DNA from: Candidatus Latescibacterota bacterium
Lineage (GTDB): Bacteria; Latescibacterota; UBA2968
Length of the DNA stretch: 64,000 bases
Assembly (NCBI GenBank): GCA_965116885.1
Contig: OZ220741.1
Span: 4,512,001 to 4,576,000, forward strand
Direction: 5' to 3'
Shown: piece by piece, positions 63,615 through 64,000 of the stretch
How positions within the stretch are numbered: position 1 is the first letter of the stretch
How the letters are laid out: every line of letters starts with the position of its first letter
Translations under genes and position numbers: made by a program
Notes under the pieces: generated by a model
The model's input: only the letters and a program-made list of their open reading frames with translations
Databases searched by the model: none
Told to the model about the DNA's origin: nothing

Positions 63615-64000
63615 CTAAACCCCTATCGCATACCCATCGCGCCTCGGATCTGCACCGCCCATCAACGCACCCGATTCGGCATCCACTACAATACCCTGCG
63701 CCCCACCGCAAACGGCGGAATAATCGGGCAACACCTTCACATCGTGTCCACGCGCTTTCAGTGCGCGCCGAATAGACTTTGGCACCCGCCTTTCAATAGA
63801 CACATTAGTACCCGCACTCTCAATGCGGAACCGAGGTGCTTCAATCGCCGCCTGTATATTCATGCCGTAATCCAGCACATTGGTCAAAAATTGCACCGAC
63901 GTTTGTTGAATTCCCCAGCTTCCCGGCGTACCCAGCGCGGAAAAAAGCGCGCCATCTCGAAACACCAGCATTGGCGACAGACACATATCCACTTTTTTGT
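63615..64000 (-). CDS. ggt: Gamma-glutamyltransferase family, C-terminal part (runs off window)
   Basis: GTPGS, MNIQAAIEAPR, LKARGH, GGAQGI, GGADPRRDG. Confidence 0.85.
   Translation of the reverse strand, partial: KKVDMCLSPMLVFRDGALFSALGTPGSWGIQQTSVQFLTNVLDYGMNIQAAIEAPRFRIESAGTNVSIERRVPKSIRRALKARGHDVKVLPDYSAVCGGAQGIVVDAESGALMGGADPRRDGYAIGV

Overview
Bacterial chromosomal window, probably from an FCB-superphylum lineage (Latescibacterota/Gemmatimonadota-like; inferred from S7, L22 and RpoC sequence style and gene content, not proven). 1-24.2 kb (minus strand) is one uninterrupted core cluster: tRNA-Tyr/Gly/Thr/Trp, secE-nusG-rplKAJL-rpoBC, rpsLG-fusA-tuf, then the S10 and spc genes as far as the start of rpmD. 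25.3-47.4 kb is an almost continuous minus-strand run: a Planctomycetes/Verrucomicrobia-like (PVM-like) microcompartment locus (PduL, 2 BMC-H, 3 BMC-P, acylating aldehyde dehydrogenase, class II aldolase) interrupted by an antisense MenAT-like toxin-antitoxin pair, then sulfatase-MFS-acetate kinase, GldG/DUF4340 genes separated by a 19-copy heptamer tandem repeat, a batA-E operon, a plant-type threonine synthase, and a plant-type cystathionine gamma-synthase preceded by a SAM-II riboswitch and two terminator hairpins. 47.5-61.3 kb (plus strand) holds a surface-glycan locus (Wzi, two GT-C, O-antigen ligase, GT2, DegT aminotransferase, WecA-methyltransferase fusion) and a COG3014/LpoB/beta-barrel lipoprotein cluster. 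The window ends with ROK, beta-propeller and partial ggt genes. Top leads: (1) a plant-like O-phosphohomoserine Met/Thr branch point under riboswitch control; (2) RpoB with D516Q and S522D substitutions in the rifampicin pocket; (3) the sulfatase-linked PVM-like microcompartment. All calls come from motif recognition by eye; no searches were run.
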